From the NCBI GenBank assembly GCA_965207735.1, contig OZ242296.1, forward strand, positions 3,744,001 to 3,808,000: DNA of 64,000 nt. Reading direction: 5' to 3'. Source of the DNA: Candidatus Versatilivorator sp. Its GTDB lineage: Bacteria; Acidobacteriota; Terriglobia; Versatilivoradales; Versatilivoraceae. Position numbers and translations under genes: made by a program. The notes under the pieces are model-generated. The model was not told the DNA's origin and made no database searches. It saw nothing but the letters and a program-made list of their open reading frames with translations. This document shows positions 49,477 to 58,827 of the stretch, piece by piece (the stretch's first letter is position 1; every line of letters begins with the position of its first letter).

Positions 49477-51315
49477 ATGAAGGACCGGTCGCGAGGGGAG
49501 ACCGGTTCCGGTGTGCCCGCCAAACGTCCGGCTCGTGGCTCATTCGGGTTCGGAATGGCCTGGGCGGTTCTGCTGATGGCGCACCTCCTCCAGGTTTCGG
49601 CCCAACCGCAAGCGATTCCCCAATTCGTCGACATTACCCGCTCCAGCAACATCACCTTCCGGCACATGAACGGTGCCGAGCGGAACAAGCGCTACCTGTT
49701 CGAGCTCAAGGGCGGCGGCGCCGGTTTCTTCGATTTTGATAACGATGGCTGGCTGGACCTCTTCATGGTTCAGGGATCCACCCTGGAGAGATTCCGCAAG
49801 GGAGACAACCCCCACGGCACTCTCTATCGAAACCAGGGAGACGGCACCTTCAGGGACGTGACCCGGAAGTCGGGACTGACCCGCACGGCCTGGGGGATGG
49901 GAGTCAGCTTCGGAGACTACGACAACGACGGCTTGGCCGATATCTACCTCAACAACCTGGGCTCCAACTTCCTTTACAGGAACCTGGGCGACGGGACTTT
50001 CCGGGATGTCACGGCGCAGGCCGGCGTGGGAGGTTCCGGGTGGACCTCGTCCTCGGCCTTCGGCGACTACGACGGGGACGGGGACCTGGACCTGTTCGTC
50101 TGCAACTACATCCACTACGACTTCGAGAACCTGCAGCCACCCGATCCCAAGCTGGTCTGCCACTACCGGGGCATTACCATCCCCTGCGGACCGCTGGGGC
50201 TCCAGGCCGGGTCCAACCGGCTCTACCGCAACAACGGCGACGGCACATTTGCCGACGTCACCAAGCCTTCCGGATTGGACGTGAACAACCGTTTTTATTC
50301 TCTGGGCGTGGTTTGGGCCGATCTGGACGGCGACGGGGACCAGGACCTCTACCTGGCCAACGACAGCACCCCCAATCAGCTCTATGTCAACCAGGGCAAC
50401 GGCACCTTCAAGGAAATGGGACTCTTGAGTGGGCTGGCAACCAGTGCCGCCGGAGACTTCCAGGGCGGTATGGGAGTGGATGCCGCCGACTACGACAACG
50501 ACGGGCGGTTGGACGTCTTCGTGACAAACTTCGCTCACGACTACAGCACGCTCTACCGGAACCGGGGCGGCCTCAACTTCGAGGACGTGACCCAGCAGGC
50601 TGGGTTGATTCAGCCGGAATGGCTGTTGGTCGGTTGGGGTACGGGCTTCTATGACCTCGACCACGACGGCTGGAAGGACATCTTCCATTCCAACGGACAC
50701 GTCTATCCCTTCATCCTGGACGCCGAATGGTCGGAGACCTATTTCCAGCCCTCCTCCATCTATATCAACCAGCGGGACGGGACCTTCAGGGACGTGAGAA
50801 AGATGGCGGGAGGCGATCTCCGGAAGGAGCTCTTGGGACGGGGGATGGCTTTCGCGGACTTCGACAACGACGGCGACATGGACTTCCTCATCGGCAACCT
50901 CAACGGCACCCCTCGCCTCTACCGGCACCAGGGGGCGGCCCCCAACCATTGGGTGATGTTCCGGGCCAAAGGGGTCCGGAGCAATCGCGACGGAATCGGG
51001 GCCCGCATCACCGTGGTTACCGGCCGGCTGCGGCAGGTCTGGGAGATCAAACGAACCGTCGGGATCTACTCGGCCAGCGATCCCCGAGCCCATTTCGGGT
51101 TGGGGAAAGCCGGCCGGATCGATCGGGTGGAGGTGAGATGGCCCAGCGGAGCGGTGCAGGAATTCAAGGGCGTGCCGGTCGACCGGCACTACCGGATCGA
51201 CGAAGATAAGGGGTTGGAGAGAGAGTTCTTGTCTGAAACAAACGAAAAAAGACTAGAGAAAAAGAGGAATCCACGAAGACACACGAAGGACGACGAAGGG
51301 CCACTAAGGCGCTGA
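49477..51315 (+). CDS. CRTAC1-like FG-GAP / ASPIC-UnbV protein, second paralog
   Basis: Same motifs as 38957; last ~28 codons read through repeat unit A; start uncertain. Confidence 0.93.
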   Translation: MKDRSRGETGSGVPAKRPARGSFGFGMAWAVLLMAHLLQVSAQPQAIPQFVDITRSSNITFRHMNGAERNKRYLFELKGGGAGFFDFDNDGWLDLFMVQGSTLERFRKGDNPHGTLYRNQGDGTFRDVTRKSGLTRTAWGMGVSFGDYDNDGLADIYLNNLGSNFLYRNLGDGTFRDVTAQAGVGGSGWTSSSAFGDYDGDGDLDLFVCNYIHYDFENLQPPDPKLVCHYRGITIPCGPLGLQAGSNRLYRNNGDGTFADVTKPSGLDVNNRFYSLGVVWADLDGDGDQDLYLANDSTPNQLYVNQGNGTFKEMGLLSGLATSAAGDFQGGMGVDAADYDNDGRLDVFVTNFAHDYSTLYRNRGGLNFEDVTQQAGLIQPEWLLVGWGTGFYDLDHDGWKDIFHSNGHVYPFILDAEWSETYFQPSSIYINQRDGTFRDVRKMAGGDLRKELLGRGMAFADFDNDGDMDFLIGNLNGTPRLYRHQGAAPNHWVMFRAKGVRSNRDGIGARITVVTGRLRQVWEIKRTVGIYSASDPRAHFGLGKAGRIDRVEVRWPSGAVQEFKGVPVDRHYRIDEDKGLEREFLSETNEKRLEKKRNPRRHTKDDEGPLRR

Positions 51316-51940
51316 GGTTAACCGCGACGGGGTACCAAGATCGCGAAGGGATGGTCGATTTCTGATTGTTTCACTCTCGGATGATCCGCCCGGCAGGGCG
51401 GGGTCCTCGCTTGCCTGAAACAACCCCTTGCGCCGGGTGGCTGGAGACCGGCTCAAGGTCAAGCATGGGTAGTTGGTTTATTCACATGGATGCACAGGAT
51501 GCACAGGGTTTTTTCTGAAGACGGCTGGCTTGCAGTCCTGGACATCCGCAAATCCGCACCGGATCTTCGCCCGAGTTGGCTTCTGGTGCAGGAAGCTCTC
51601 GTCCTGTAAATCCTGTGTATCCTGTGCATCCATGTTAATTATGAGCCTTTTGCAAATATCGCAATCGGGAATGACGTTGAGGCGGCAAGGATGATGTGCT
51701 GCAGGCTCCAGCATTCACCACGATAAGCACAAGAGACAACAGAAACCACAAAAAGCACAAGAGGCACAAAACGGGTTTCTTGATTTCGAGACTTGCCGAT
51801 CGGATGGTTCTTTTTGTGCCTTTTGTGGCCATTCCCGGCAAAGGTCCCGCTGCCGAATTTTGCAAACGCCTCGACAAAAGAAAAAGAGTGATCCACGAAG
51901 AACGACGAAGGGCCACCAAGAGAAGACGGTGATCCGTGGG
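51228..51940 (+). repeat. Composite repeat cluster (unit A, unit B, MITE-like element, partial A)
   Basis: A 51228-51403; B from 51416 with arms 51484/51602-51635; TIR-bounded 51643-51872; partial A from 51873. Confidence 0.85.
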
Positions 51941-51949
51941 CAAGATCCA

Positions 51950-53446
51950 CTACCGTACCGAATTGGTTACTTTCATGGGCGGTTCGTACTGAGCCTGATC
52001 GGACTTGAGCATGTATGAGTTCGAGCGGCGCCCCGCTATCGTTATTCTGTCGCGCAAGTCCCGGCCGCGAACCCAGCGGATGGTCGAATAGTGGAACCCG
52101 TAAGGAGAGCGAGGTGCGGAATCGAAAGGAACATAGGTGAACCATTGGGACTTGGAGCTGAGAACCCAGCCGCCTCGGTTTTGATAGCCGAAGTCGGGGT
52201 AGGCGGAATTCCGGCTCGCCAAAGAGAGACCGGCGTTCACCTGGACTAGTTGGCGGGCCCGCCGCTTGCTCCACAGGTTGAGGGGGTCCTTTCGGTGGTT
52301 CTTGTCGAGGCCTGCCGATCTCGGCTTGAGCGAGGGAGATGAATTTGCGAGGAGCCAGCGCCTGCCGGATTTCAGTTGGGTTCTCCTTCCCCCCGCTCCT
52401 TTCCACAGAACTCTCCCGTTGTAAATGGAAAGAGCCGATTCCTGCCCGGGCACGACATCGAGCCGGTACAAGCCCCTGGTCTCCATTTGAAGCTCGCCCG
52501 ATGGAGTGGACAGGGTAAGGGAATGGATCTTGGGGTTCAAGCTGGCCGACTCGATGATGACGGTGCCCTGGACCACCCGGAACCGCATGCCCCTGTAGGT
52601 TGTGTCCATCACCTCGATCTCGCTGTCTTCGGTGACTCTCAGGTAGGTCCCCGGGCTCAACAGCAACTCCGCCCGGCTGTTGCCGTTTGTCCGCAAATCG
52701 CTTCCGGCCTTGATCCGATAGCCGGCATTGGCCCGTACCGGTTGGGTCGCCGCTGGAACAGAGACCAGCGGACGCCGTCCCCAGAAGCAGTTCACCAGGA
52801 AAGCGGAGCGTTCCTTTGCCCAGGAATCCAGTGTGGCCCACTCATACTTGTCCATGCGGCTGACGGAGGGAGTCTCCGCCAAGGGGTCCAGTGAATAGTG
52901 TCTGCTCTGGCTCAACTCGGATCGCTGCCCCCTGAGTCCCAGCCAGGACAATCGCCCGGAGAAGACCGTGACCCCGACCGGTCGTTTCCGATGGACCCGG
53001 ATCCGGTAGAAGCCGGGACGAACTACCCGAAGGCCTCCCACCGGGGTGGAAATGGTCGAGACCTGGTGCTTTTCCCTGGTTCTGGCGGAATCGACCACCA
53101 CCTCTCCCTCCACCAACTGGAAATCCATGGCGGGGTAGTCAGCGGTCAAGACTTCCAGTTGAGCCTGTCCGGAGACGCGCAGGTAGCTGTTGGCGGACAG
53201 GACGATCTCGACGCGGTCGCCCGGCCGAGTGTGCACCTGCTCCCCCCTCTTGAGCCGGCGCCCCGCCGGCAAGGGCTCGGGTTGCGGGCGTCCGGCCCCC
53301 AGGACAGTGGGACCTCCGCTGACGTGCCTGACAAACCCAGGCCGGGCGTCGGTCACCGCGGCCGAAGCACTTGGAGTCCTTGGAAATGCCGGGGAAGAGC
53401 CGTGGATCAACAGTCCAAGGACGCCAATCGCAAGGAGCACTCTCAT
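51950..53446 (-). CDS. Exported protein with two tandem FecR-like domains
   Basis: Twice ..T....R.E..LS...YLRV....EV......F....G.V...S...STP.G......G.YR; signal peptide MRVLLAIG. Confidence 0.8.
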   Translation of the reverse strand: MRVLLAIGVLGLLIHGSSPAFPRTPSASAAVTDARPGFVRHVSGGPTVLGAGRPQPEPLPAGRRLKRGEQVHTRPGDRVEIVLSANSYLRVSGQAQLEVLTADYPAMDFQLVEGEVVVDSARTREKHQVSTISTPVGGLRVVRPGFYRIRVHRKRPVGVTVFSGRLSWLGLRGQRSELSQSRHYSLDPLAETPSVSRMDKYEWATLDSWAKERSAFLVNCFWGRRPLVSVPAATQPVRANAGYRIKAGSDLRTNGNSRAELLLSPGTYLRVTEDSEIEVMDTTYRGMRFRVVQGTVIIESASLNPKIHSLTLSTPSGELQMETRGLYRLDVVPGQESALSIYNGRVLWKGAGGRRTQLKSGRRWLLANSSPSLKPRSAGLDKNHRKDPLNLWSKRRARQLVQVNAGLSLASRNSAYPDFGYQNRGGWVLSSKSQWFTYVPFDSAPRSPYGFHYSTIRWVRGRDLRDRITIAGRRSNSYMLKSDQAQYEPPMKVTNSVR

Positions 53447-53580
53447 GGGAGGACCTGCCGTCGAGACGAGACTTTTGGGGCGCAATCGATCTCCACAAAG
53501 CATACATTTTTCGTCTGGAGGTTGCGCTCAAAAAATGCTAGCATTCAATCGATATTTTGGCTTTTTCGGCAGGTTTCTTC

Positions 53581-55446
53581 ATGAAGGTTATCCGTTCCAA
53601 TTGGCTGCCTTTTCTGGTTGTCCCCACAACGGCCCTGGTCGTAGCGGGCGCTCTTTGGGCAGAATCAAGGCAACTGGACCGGACCGTCCATTGGGTGATC
53701 AAACCGGTTCCTGCTCTCTCCAACATCGCCCCCAATTCCTCCCCGTCACGCGACTCCACCCTCACTATAACCGTGAGCGGCGACGGGTTCGTGGACGGTG
53801 CCTCGCTGGTGCAGTGGAACGGGGAAGACCTGCCCACCACCTTCGAGAGCACCAGCGAACTCACGGCTCGCATCTCCCCGCAACACCTATCCACCCCGGG
53901 AGACGTCGCCATAACCGTTTTCAATCCCGAGCCGGGTGGCGGGACTTCTACCTCGATGACCTTCACCGTCACCGAAGGGCAACCCTCCCTGGATCTGTTC
54001 GTGCCGGTGGTGGTGTCCGTGTCGGGAGTCAATAATTCCTTCTTTACCTCGGAGTTGACCCTGACCAACAAGACCGAAACTGCGGTCACCCTGAGTCTCC
54101 GATACACCGCCACGCCCAGCAATGTAACCGGGCGGGTATCCGATGTTCAATTGTCCCCGGGCCAGCAAATCGAATCCAACGCTATTGAATACCTGAGAGG
54201 CCTGGGATTGCCCATTGCGTCCTCGGGCAATCGAGTGGGAACGCTGATGGTGCGGGCCGTGGGGACTTCTTCGCCCGCGGATGTCGCCGTGACGGTCAGA
54301 ACCAGTTCGCCCGTGCCCGAGGGACGAGCCGGGCTTTCCTATATGGCTGTGCCGGTGGCCACCGATGCTCTTACCGGGCCGTCCTACCTCTGCGGCCTGC
54401 GGCAGAATGAGACCGATCGGACCAACGTGGCCGTGCAGCACGCGGGGGCTTACGGAAACATCACCTTGCGTGTCAGCCTCTATTCGGGGGATGCCGCGTT
54501 GTCCGATCCCCAACTGGTTTCGGAGGTGGCATTGCCGCCGGGGGGATTCAAGCAGTTCAATGGTATTTTGCATTCGCAAGGTCTGAAGCTCGACCAGGGC
54601 TACGTGAAAATCGAAAGGGTGTCCGGGGAAGCGCCCTACTATGCCTATGCGGTGATCAACGACCAGGCCAATTCCGACGGTTCCTTTGTGGCTCCCGTTC
54701 GGGAAAACTGGATGGCCGGGCGTTCCGGCTTGACGCTTCCGGTTGTGGTGGAGGCCGGCGCCTACCTCAGCGAGGTGATCGTTTCCAATTGGTCCTCCGA
54801 GGACAAGGCGTTGACGTTTGATTTCGTCGATAGTGACATCGCCGGCGGGAAACTCTCCTTTTCGATGGACATCGAGTCGGGCTCGCAGCAGATCCTGGGA
54901 GAATTCATAGAGCAGCTCCGCCAGTCCGGTTTTGAAGCCGATTTGCCGCCGGGGAGGGCCTATGCCGGCCCCTTGATGGTTACGGTCGACGGAGACGGGG
55001 ACGGGATATTTCTGGGAGCCCGAACCATGTCACCGGGAGGAGGGGGCCATTACGGCGTTTTCTACCTGGGGGTTCCCACTGGAGCCGAGTTCAGCACCGG
55101 GGCCTGGTTGTATGGACTGCAGCAGGATAGCGAAGACCGCACCAATTTGGCCCTGCTGACGACTTCGAGCGCGAACGACGAGGCCAATGTCTATGACATC
55201 GATCTCTACGACGGAGCTACAGGCCTCATGGTGAAGACCCTCAGCCGGCAAGTTTCTGCCAATCAATGGGACCAGATCGGAATGATCTTGGCGCAGGCCC
55301 GAATATCCCAAGGCTACGCCCACGTCAAGCGAACGGCTGGAGCCAACGACTTCATTACCTACGCGGTGATCAACGACGGGGGAAAGCCGAATGAACGCAG
55401 TGACGATGGGGCCTTTGTCTTGGGAGTTGCGGACATTGCCCAATAG
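53581..55446 (+). CDS. Secreted IPT/TIG-domain protein with duplicated beta-rich C-terminal domain
   Basis: P.LS.I.P...TITV.G.GF...V.WNG..L.TTF.S.SELTA.I...NP.PGGG.S; two RTN.A...YAVIND...DG.FV repeats. Confidence 0.8.
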   Translation: MKVIRSNWLPFLVVPTTALVVAGALWAESRQLDRTVHWVIKPVPALSNIAPNSSPSRDSTLTITVSGDGFVDGASLVQWNGEDLPTTFESTSELTARISPQHLSTPGDVAITVFNPEPGGGTSTSMTFTVTEGQPSLDLFVPVVVSVSGVNNSFFTSELTLTNKTETAVTLSLRYTATPSNVTGRVSDVQLSPGQQIESNAIEYLRGLGLPIASSGNRVGTLMVRAVGTSSPADVAVTVRTSSPVPEGRAGLSYMAVPVATDALTGPSYLCGLRQNETDRTNVAVQHAGAYGNITLRVSLYSGDAALSDPQLVSEVALPPGGFKQFNGILHSQGLKLDQGYVKIERVSGEAPYYAYAVINDQANSDGSFVAPVRENWMAGRSGLTLPVVVEAGAYLSEVIVSNWSSEDKALTFDFVDSDIAGGKLSFSMDIESGSQQILGEFIEQLRQSGFEADLPPGRAYAGPLMVTVDGDGDGIFLGARTMSPGGGGHYGVFYLGVPTGAEFSTGAWLYGLQQDSEDRTNLALLTTSSANDEANVYDIDLYDGATGLMVKTLSRQVSANQWDQIGMILAQARISQGYAHVKRTAGANDFITYAVINDGGKPNERSDDGAFVLGVADIAQ

Positions 55447-55595
55447 AACCGTTGCTCATTCGTCCCTTGGATTCCCGCCATCTGCCAACCACCCCAACCC
55501 TGTTTTCAAACGCTCCGGTTGCGGAGCATCCCGACGAGGCTGATCGGATAGACCCGGACCGCCTTTCCTATCCCTACTCGTCCCGAAACCGCACG

Positions 55596-57776
55596 GTGAT
55601 TTTCGGCCGAATCGTCCCTCGAGCCCGGCGCCTTCTGCTTCTTTGGTTGCTCTGCGGTCTGCCCATCCAGGCGCAGAGGCCGGTCGGTAATCCTCACCAG
55701 CCCTCGCTACGGCCTCAGCCTTTCCAGCGGGCGGAAGCCTGCCTGCCCTGCCACCGGCGCCAGTACGACGAGCTACGCAGCTCGGTCAAGTCCGGCTACC
55801 GAAGCGTCAGCTCGGTGTTCAACGCCTTGGAGTTGTCCGGAAACTTTCTGAGCGGTGGGCGGCTGCGGCCGGTCTATGGAGACAGCAACAAGGTTACCGC
55901 CATTGACGTCACCGGCGTGGCCGGTCAGGGAAAGCCCCTGAACACCAACATGAACAGCGCCGACACCTTTAGTCACATCAACCAGGTGCAGGCCGCCTTC
56001 TGCATCGGATGCCACAACCCGCATATCGTGTTGATGGGGGAAGATCCCGAGCAAAGGGAAATCCCCGAGTTGGAGGAAGTGGGCGGAAAATTTCGGCCGG
56101 ATCTGATTCGTCCCTTGCGGGACTTCCATTTCGTGGACAACTCCAATCGACAGGTTTTGCCGGAGGAAATCGGTGGACCGGCTCCGCCGGGGGCCAGGCC
56201 TTCGCTGGGAGCCCAGGGAATCAACTGCGATGTCTGTCACGATATCACCGCCCCGGACTTGGATCGCAGCCCCAACCGCGACGGTCTTGCCAATTCCAGC
56301 TTCGAGCTGATCCCTTCCATCAGCAAGATCGGTCCCTTTCTGTTTCCGGCGCCGGTCAAGAACAATTTTCACTTTGCCAGCCGCGACCCCGATCAAATCG
56401 GCTATTTGCGGAGCAGCGACTTCTGTGGCAGTTGTCACGATGTCCGAGTTCCTGGAGACGGATCTGGGTCGTTGACCCACCGCGAGATCAGCCAGAACCC
56501 GGAAAGTCGAAGCGTCAGTCTTTTTCGTCTCGAAAACCTGAACACCGAGTGGATGACGGGCCCCTACAACAGCACCCAAAACCCCTTCGGCCGGGTCGTT
56601 CGTTGTCAGGACTGTCACATGTCCCTGTTCCCCTATGGCCAGGAAAGCACTTACGAGGTAGGGGAACTGGAAGTCACCAGTCCCACCCCGGGCCAATTCC
56701 CCTTGAACTTCGCGGCCGTACCTGGCATTTCGACGGACCTGAACTATCCCCTGCAACAGCGGCCGGTGGTGACGCACTACATGACCGGGGTGGATGTGCC
56801 CATTCTGAGGACGGATGAGTTGCGGGCCCGTCTGGGCCAGGACTACCCGGATGTCAATGAGCCGGGAGTGGATGAATACGGGATTCCGCTGTCTCTGGCC
56901 CAGCGGCGCGAGGATCTCTTGAAGGCTTCGGTTCGAATCAATCTGGACAAGTCCGACCGGACGGCACAACTCGGCCGGCCCCTGATGGTCAAGGTGACGG
57001 CAGTGGCTCTGACCGGCCACCGATTTCCGGCAGGGTTCTCGCAGGAACGAACGGCTTACATCCAGCTCTCCGTCCGGGACAACAAGGGATTTCTCATTTA
57101 CCAGTCCGGGTATGTGGTGGACAAGCCCCACCCGGAGGTGGGCGAGATGGCTCCCGATGGGAACCTGGACGATGAAGATCCCGAGCACCTTCACGCAGTG
57201 GTCGACCCCGGGCATCCCGCGGACGTCTACCGTGTGGGGCAATTCACCAATGGACATCGGAATCAGGTGTTTCAGTCGGGTCCGGACAACGGCCCCGACG
57301 CCCGAATCTTCTTCGGCAGACCCAGCGGCCTGGTGCTGTGGCGCAACGAGTTGACCCGGGTCTTCCTGCCCGGGGAAAGCCTGGGGCGTTTCAACGAGCA
57401 GGGCGATCCTATTCGTTTGACCCGACCTCACATGGAGGAAACCTTCAGTGCGGTTCTGGCGAACTCGGTCGACAACTATCGCTCGCTACCCCCACTGCAG
57501 CCCAGGACCTACGCCTATGAGGTGGTGCTTCCGACCCGGGAGGAACTGCAACTGCTTGGGGTTGGAGAGCTGGAGTCGCCTCTCCACGTCCAGGCCCAGG
57601 TCAACTTCCTTCACTTTCCGCCGTTGTTTCTGCGCTTCATGGCCAGAACCACCAGCACAGAGGGCCCGGGGGGACGGGATTACCACTTGATCGATGAGAA
57701 GCTCATCGACGATCTCCTGGTAAATGTGCGCGGCATCGCATCGGCGGACCGCACCATCGACTTGGTGGAGCCATGA
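55596..57776 (+). CDS. Pentaheme c-type cytochrome with large heme-free C-terminal domain
   Basis: CLPCH, CIGCH, CDVCH, CGSCH, CQDCH; GHRFPAG; signal peptide; start uncertain (track 55452). Confidence 0.88.
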   Translation: MIFGRIVPRARRLLLLWLLCGLPIQAQRPVGNPHQPSLRPQPFQRAEACLPCHRRQYDELRSSVKSGYRSVSSVFNALELSGNFLSGGRLRPVYGDSNKVTAIDVTGVAGQGKPLNTNMNSADTFSHINQVQAAFCIGCHNPHIVLMGEDPEQREIPELEEVGGKFRPDLIRPLRDFHFVDNSNRQVLPEEIGGPAPPGARPSLGAQGINCDVCHDITAPDLDRSPNRDGLANSSFELIPSISKIGPFLFPAPVKNNFHFASRDPDQIGYLRSSDFCGSCHDVRVPGDGSGSLTHREISQNPESRSVSLFRLENLNTEWMTGPYNSTQNPFGRVVRCQDCHMSLFPYGQESTYEVGELEVTSPTPGQFPLNFAAVPGISTDLNYPLQQRPVVTHYMTGVDVPILRTDELRARLGQDYPDVNEPGVDEYGIPLSLAQRREDLLKASVRINLDKSDRTAQLGRPLMVKVTAVALTGHRFPAGFSQERTAYIQLSVRDNKGFLIYQSGYVVDKPHPEVGEMAPDGNLDDEDPEHLHAVVDPGHPADVYRVGQFTNGHRNQVFQSGPDNGPDARIFFGRPSGLVLWRNELTRVFLPGESLGRFNEQGDPIRLTRPHMEETFSAVLANSVDNYRSLPPLQPRTYAYEVVLPTREELQLLGVGELESPLHVQAQVNFLHFPPLFLRFMARTTSTEGPGGRDYHLIDEKLIDDLLVNVRGIASADRTIDLVEP

Positions 57777-58621
57777 TCAGAAGGGAAATACATCTTTTGG
57801 CCACCCTGGGACTCCTGATCGCGGCCCTCTCCCTTTGGATCGGCTACGGGGAAGCCTGGTCGCAGAACGGTCAAGCCGGAGCCCCCAAGCGCAACCCCAA
57901 CTACCTGGATCGAAACCCCTTTTACTTTGAGGGAAAGGTTGACTACGAGCTGTTGGGTATCGATCAGCCGGTGGATGCCTGGGAGTTCATGCAACGAGGG
58001 ATCCACCGCCAGGACGATCTGGAGGATCGAGAAGGAGCCATTCAGGACTACCGCGCCGCCATCGAACGCAACAACCCGGACAACGGCACCTGTCAGATTG
58101 TGAAGGCCTTGCCTTCAACCACCCTCGAGTTCCAGCAGCTCACCCCGCCGCCCTGCCTCTTCACTCCGCGGCTCAGGCTGGGCTATCTCCTGCTCCATGA
58201 GGACCCGGTGCAGGCCATCGAGCTCTTCCGCCAGGTGACCGACATCGATCCCCAGCGGTTGGAGGTCAATGCGCTCATTGGCGAAGCCTACGAACTGCTG
58301 GGAGACCAGACCTCGGATTCCGAGGACAAGAAAGCCCATTACCTGGAAGCGGTCCGTGCGCTCAATGCCGAGATGGTGCTGTCACCGGTCACTGAGCTGA
58401 CCCGGCGTCTTACGGGTGACGAGGCCAACAATGCCCACGCCCACTGGATGTTGGCAAGGATTCAGGAGAAGTTGAACAACCATGGAGAGGCGCTGTTTGA
58501 GCTCGATCAATATCTAAAGGCCACCCGGTGGCACAGCGACGTCTACCCCTGGCGGATTCCCCTGGCCCAACGACGCATGGAGCAATTGAGAGCGCGCCTG
58601 GGGCCATCTTCGGGAAAATGA
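57773..58621 (+). CDS. Exported TPR-like protein
   Basis: Signal peptide; helical repeats; ATGA overlap with the cytochrome gene. Confidence 0.75.
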   Translation: MIRREIHLLATLGLLIAALSLWIGYGEAWSQNGQAGAPKRNPNYLDRNPFYFEGKVDYELLGIDQPVDAWEFMQRGIHRQDDLEDREGAIQDYRAAIERNNPDNGTCQIVKALPSTTLEFQQLTPPPCLFTPRLRLGYLLLHEDPVQAIELFRQVTDIDPQRLEVNALIGEAYELLGDQTSDSEDKKAHYLEAVRALNAEMVLSPVTELTRRLTGDEANNAHAHWMLARIQEKLNNHGEALFELDQYLKATRWHSDVYPWRIPLAQRRMEQLRARLGPSSGK

Positions 58622-58827
58622 AGGAGAGTCATCGATGAAAGAATTCTCCTTTAGGGGAACGCAAGGGTTGCCTTTTGAGTAATCTTGGCCGGCTTGAGAT
58701 ACTGCCTTCCGACAGCCGTCCTGTCCCGGTCGGCTGGGCAACCAACGGGTCATCGATCAGGCTGTTGCACCGGATGCATGATTTGCCGCCGGGCGGGGTT
58801 TGGTCCACAAAGGTTTGGTGAGCAAGC

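Noticed and set aside
51366-51423. Integron attC reading of the palindromic junction
   Set aside because: No RYYYAAC/GTTRRRY core pair in the right order, no integrase and no ORF cassettes
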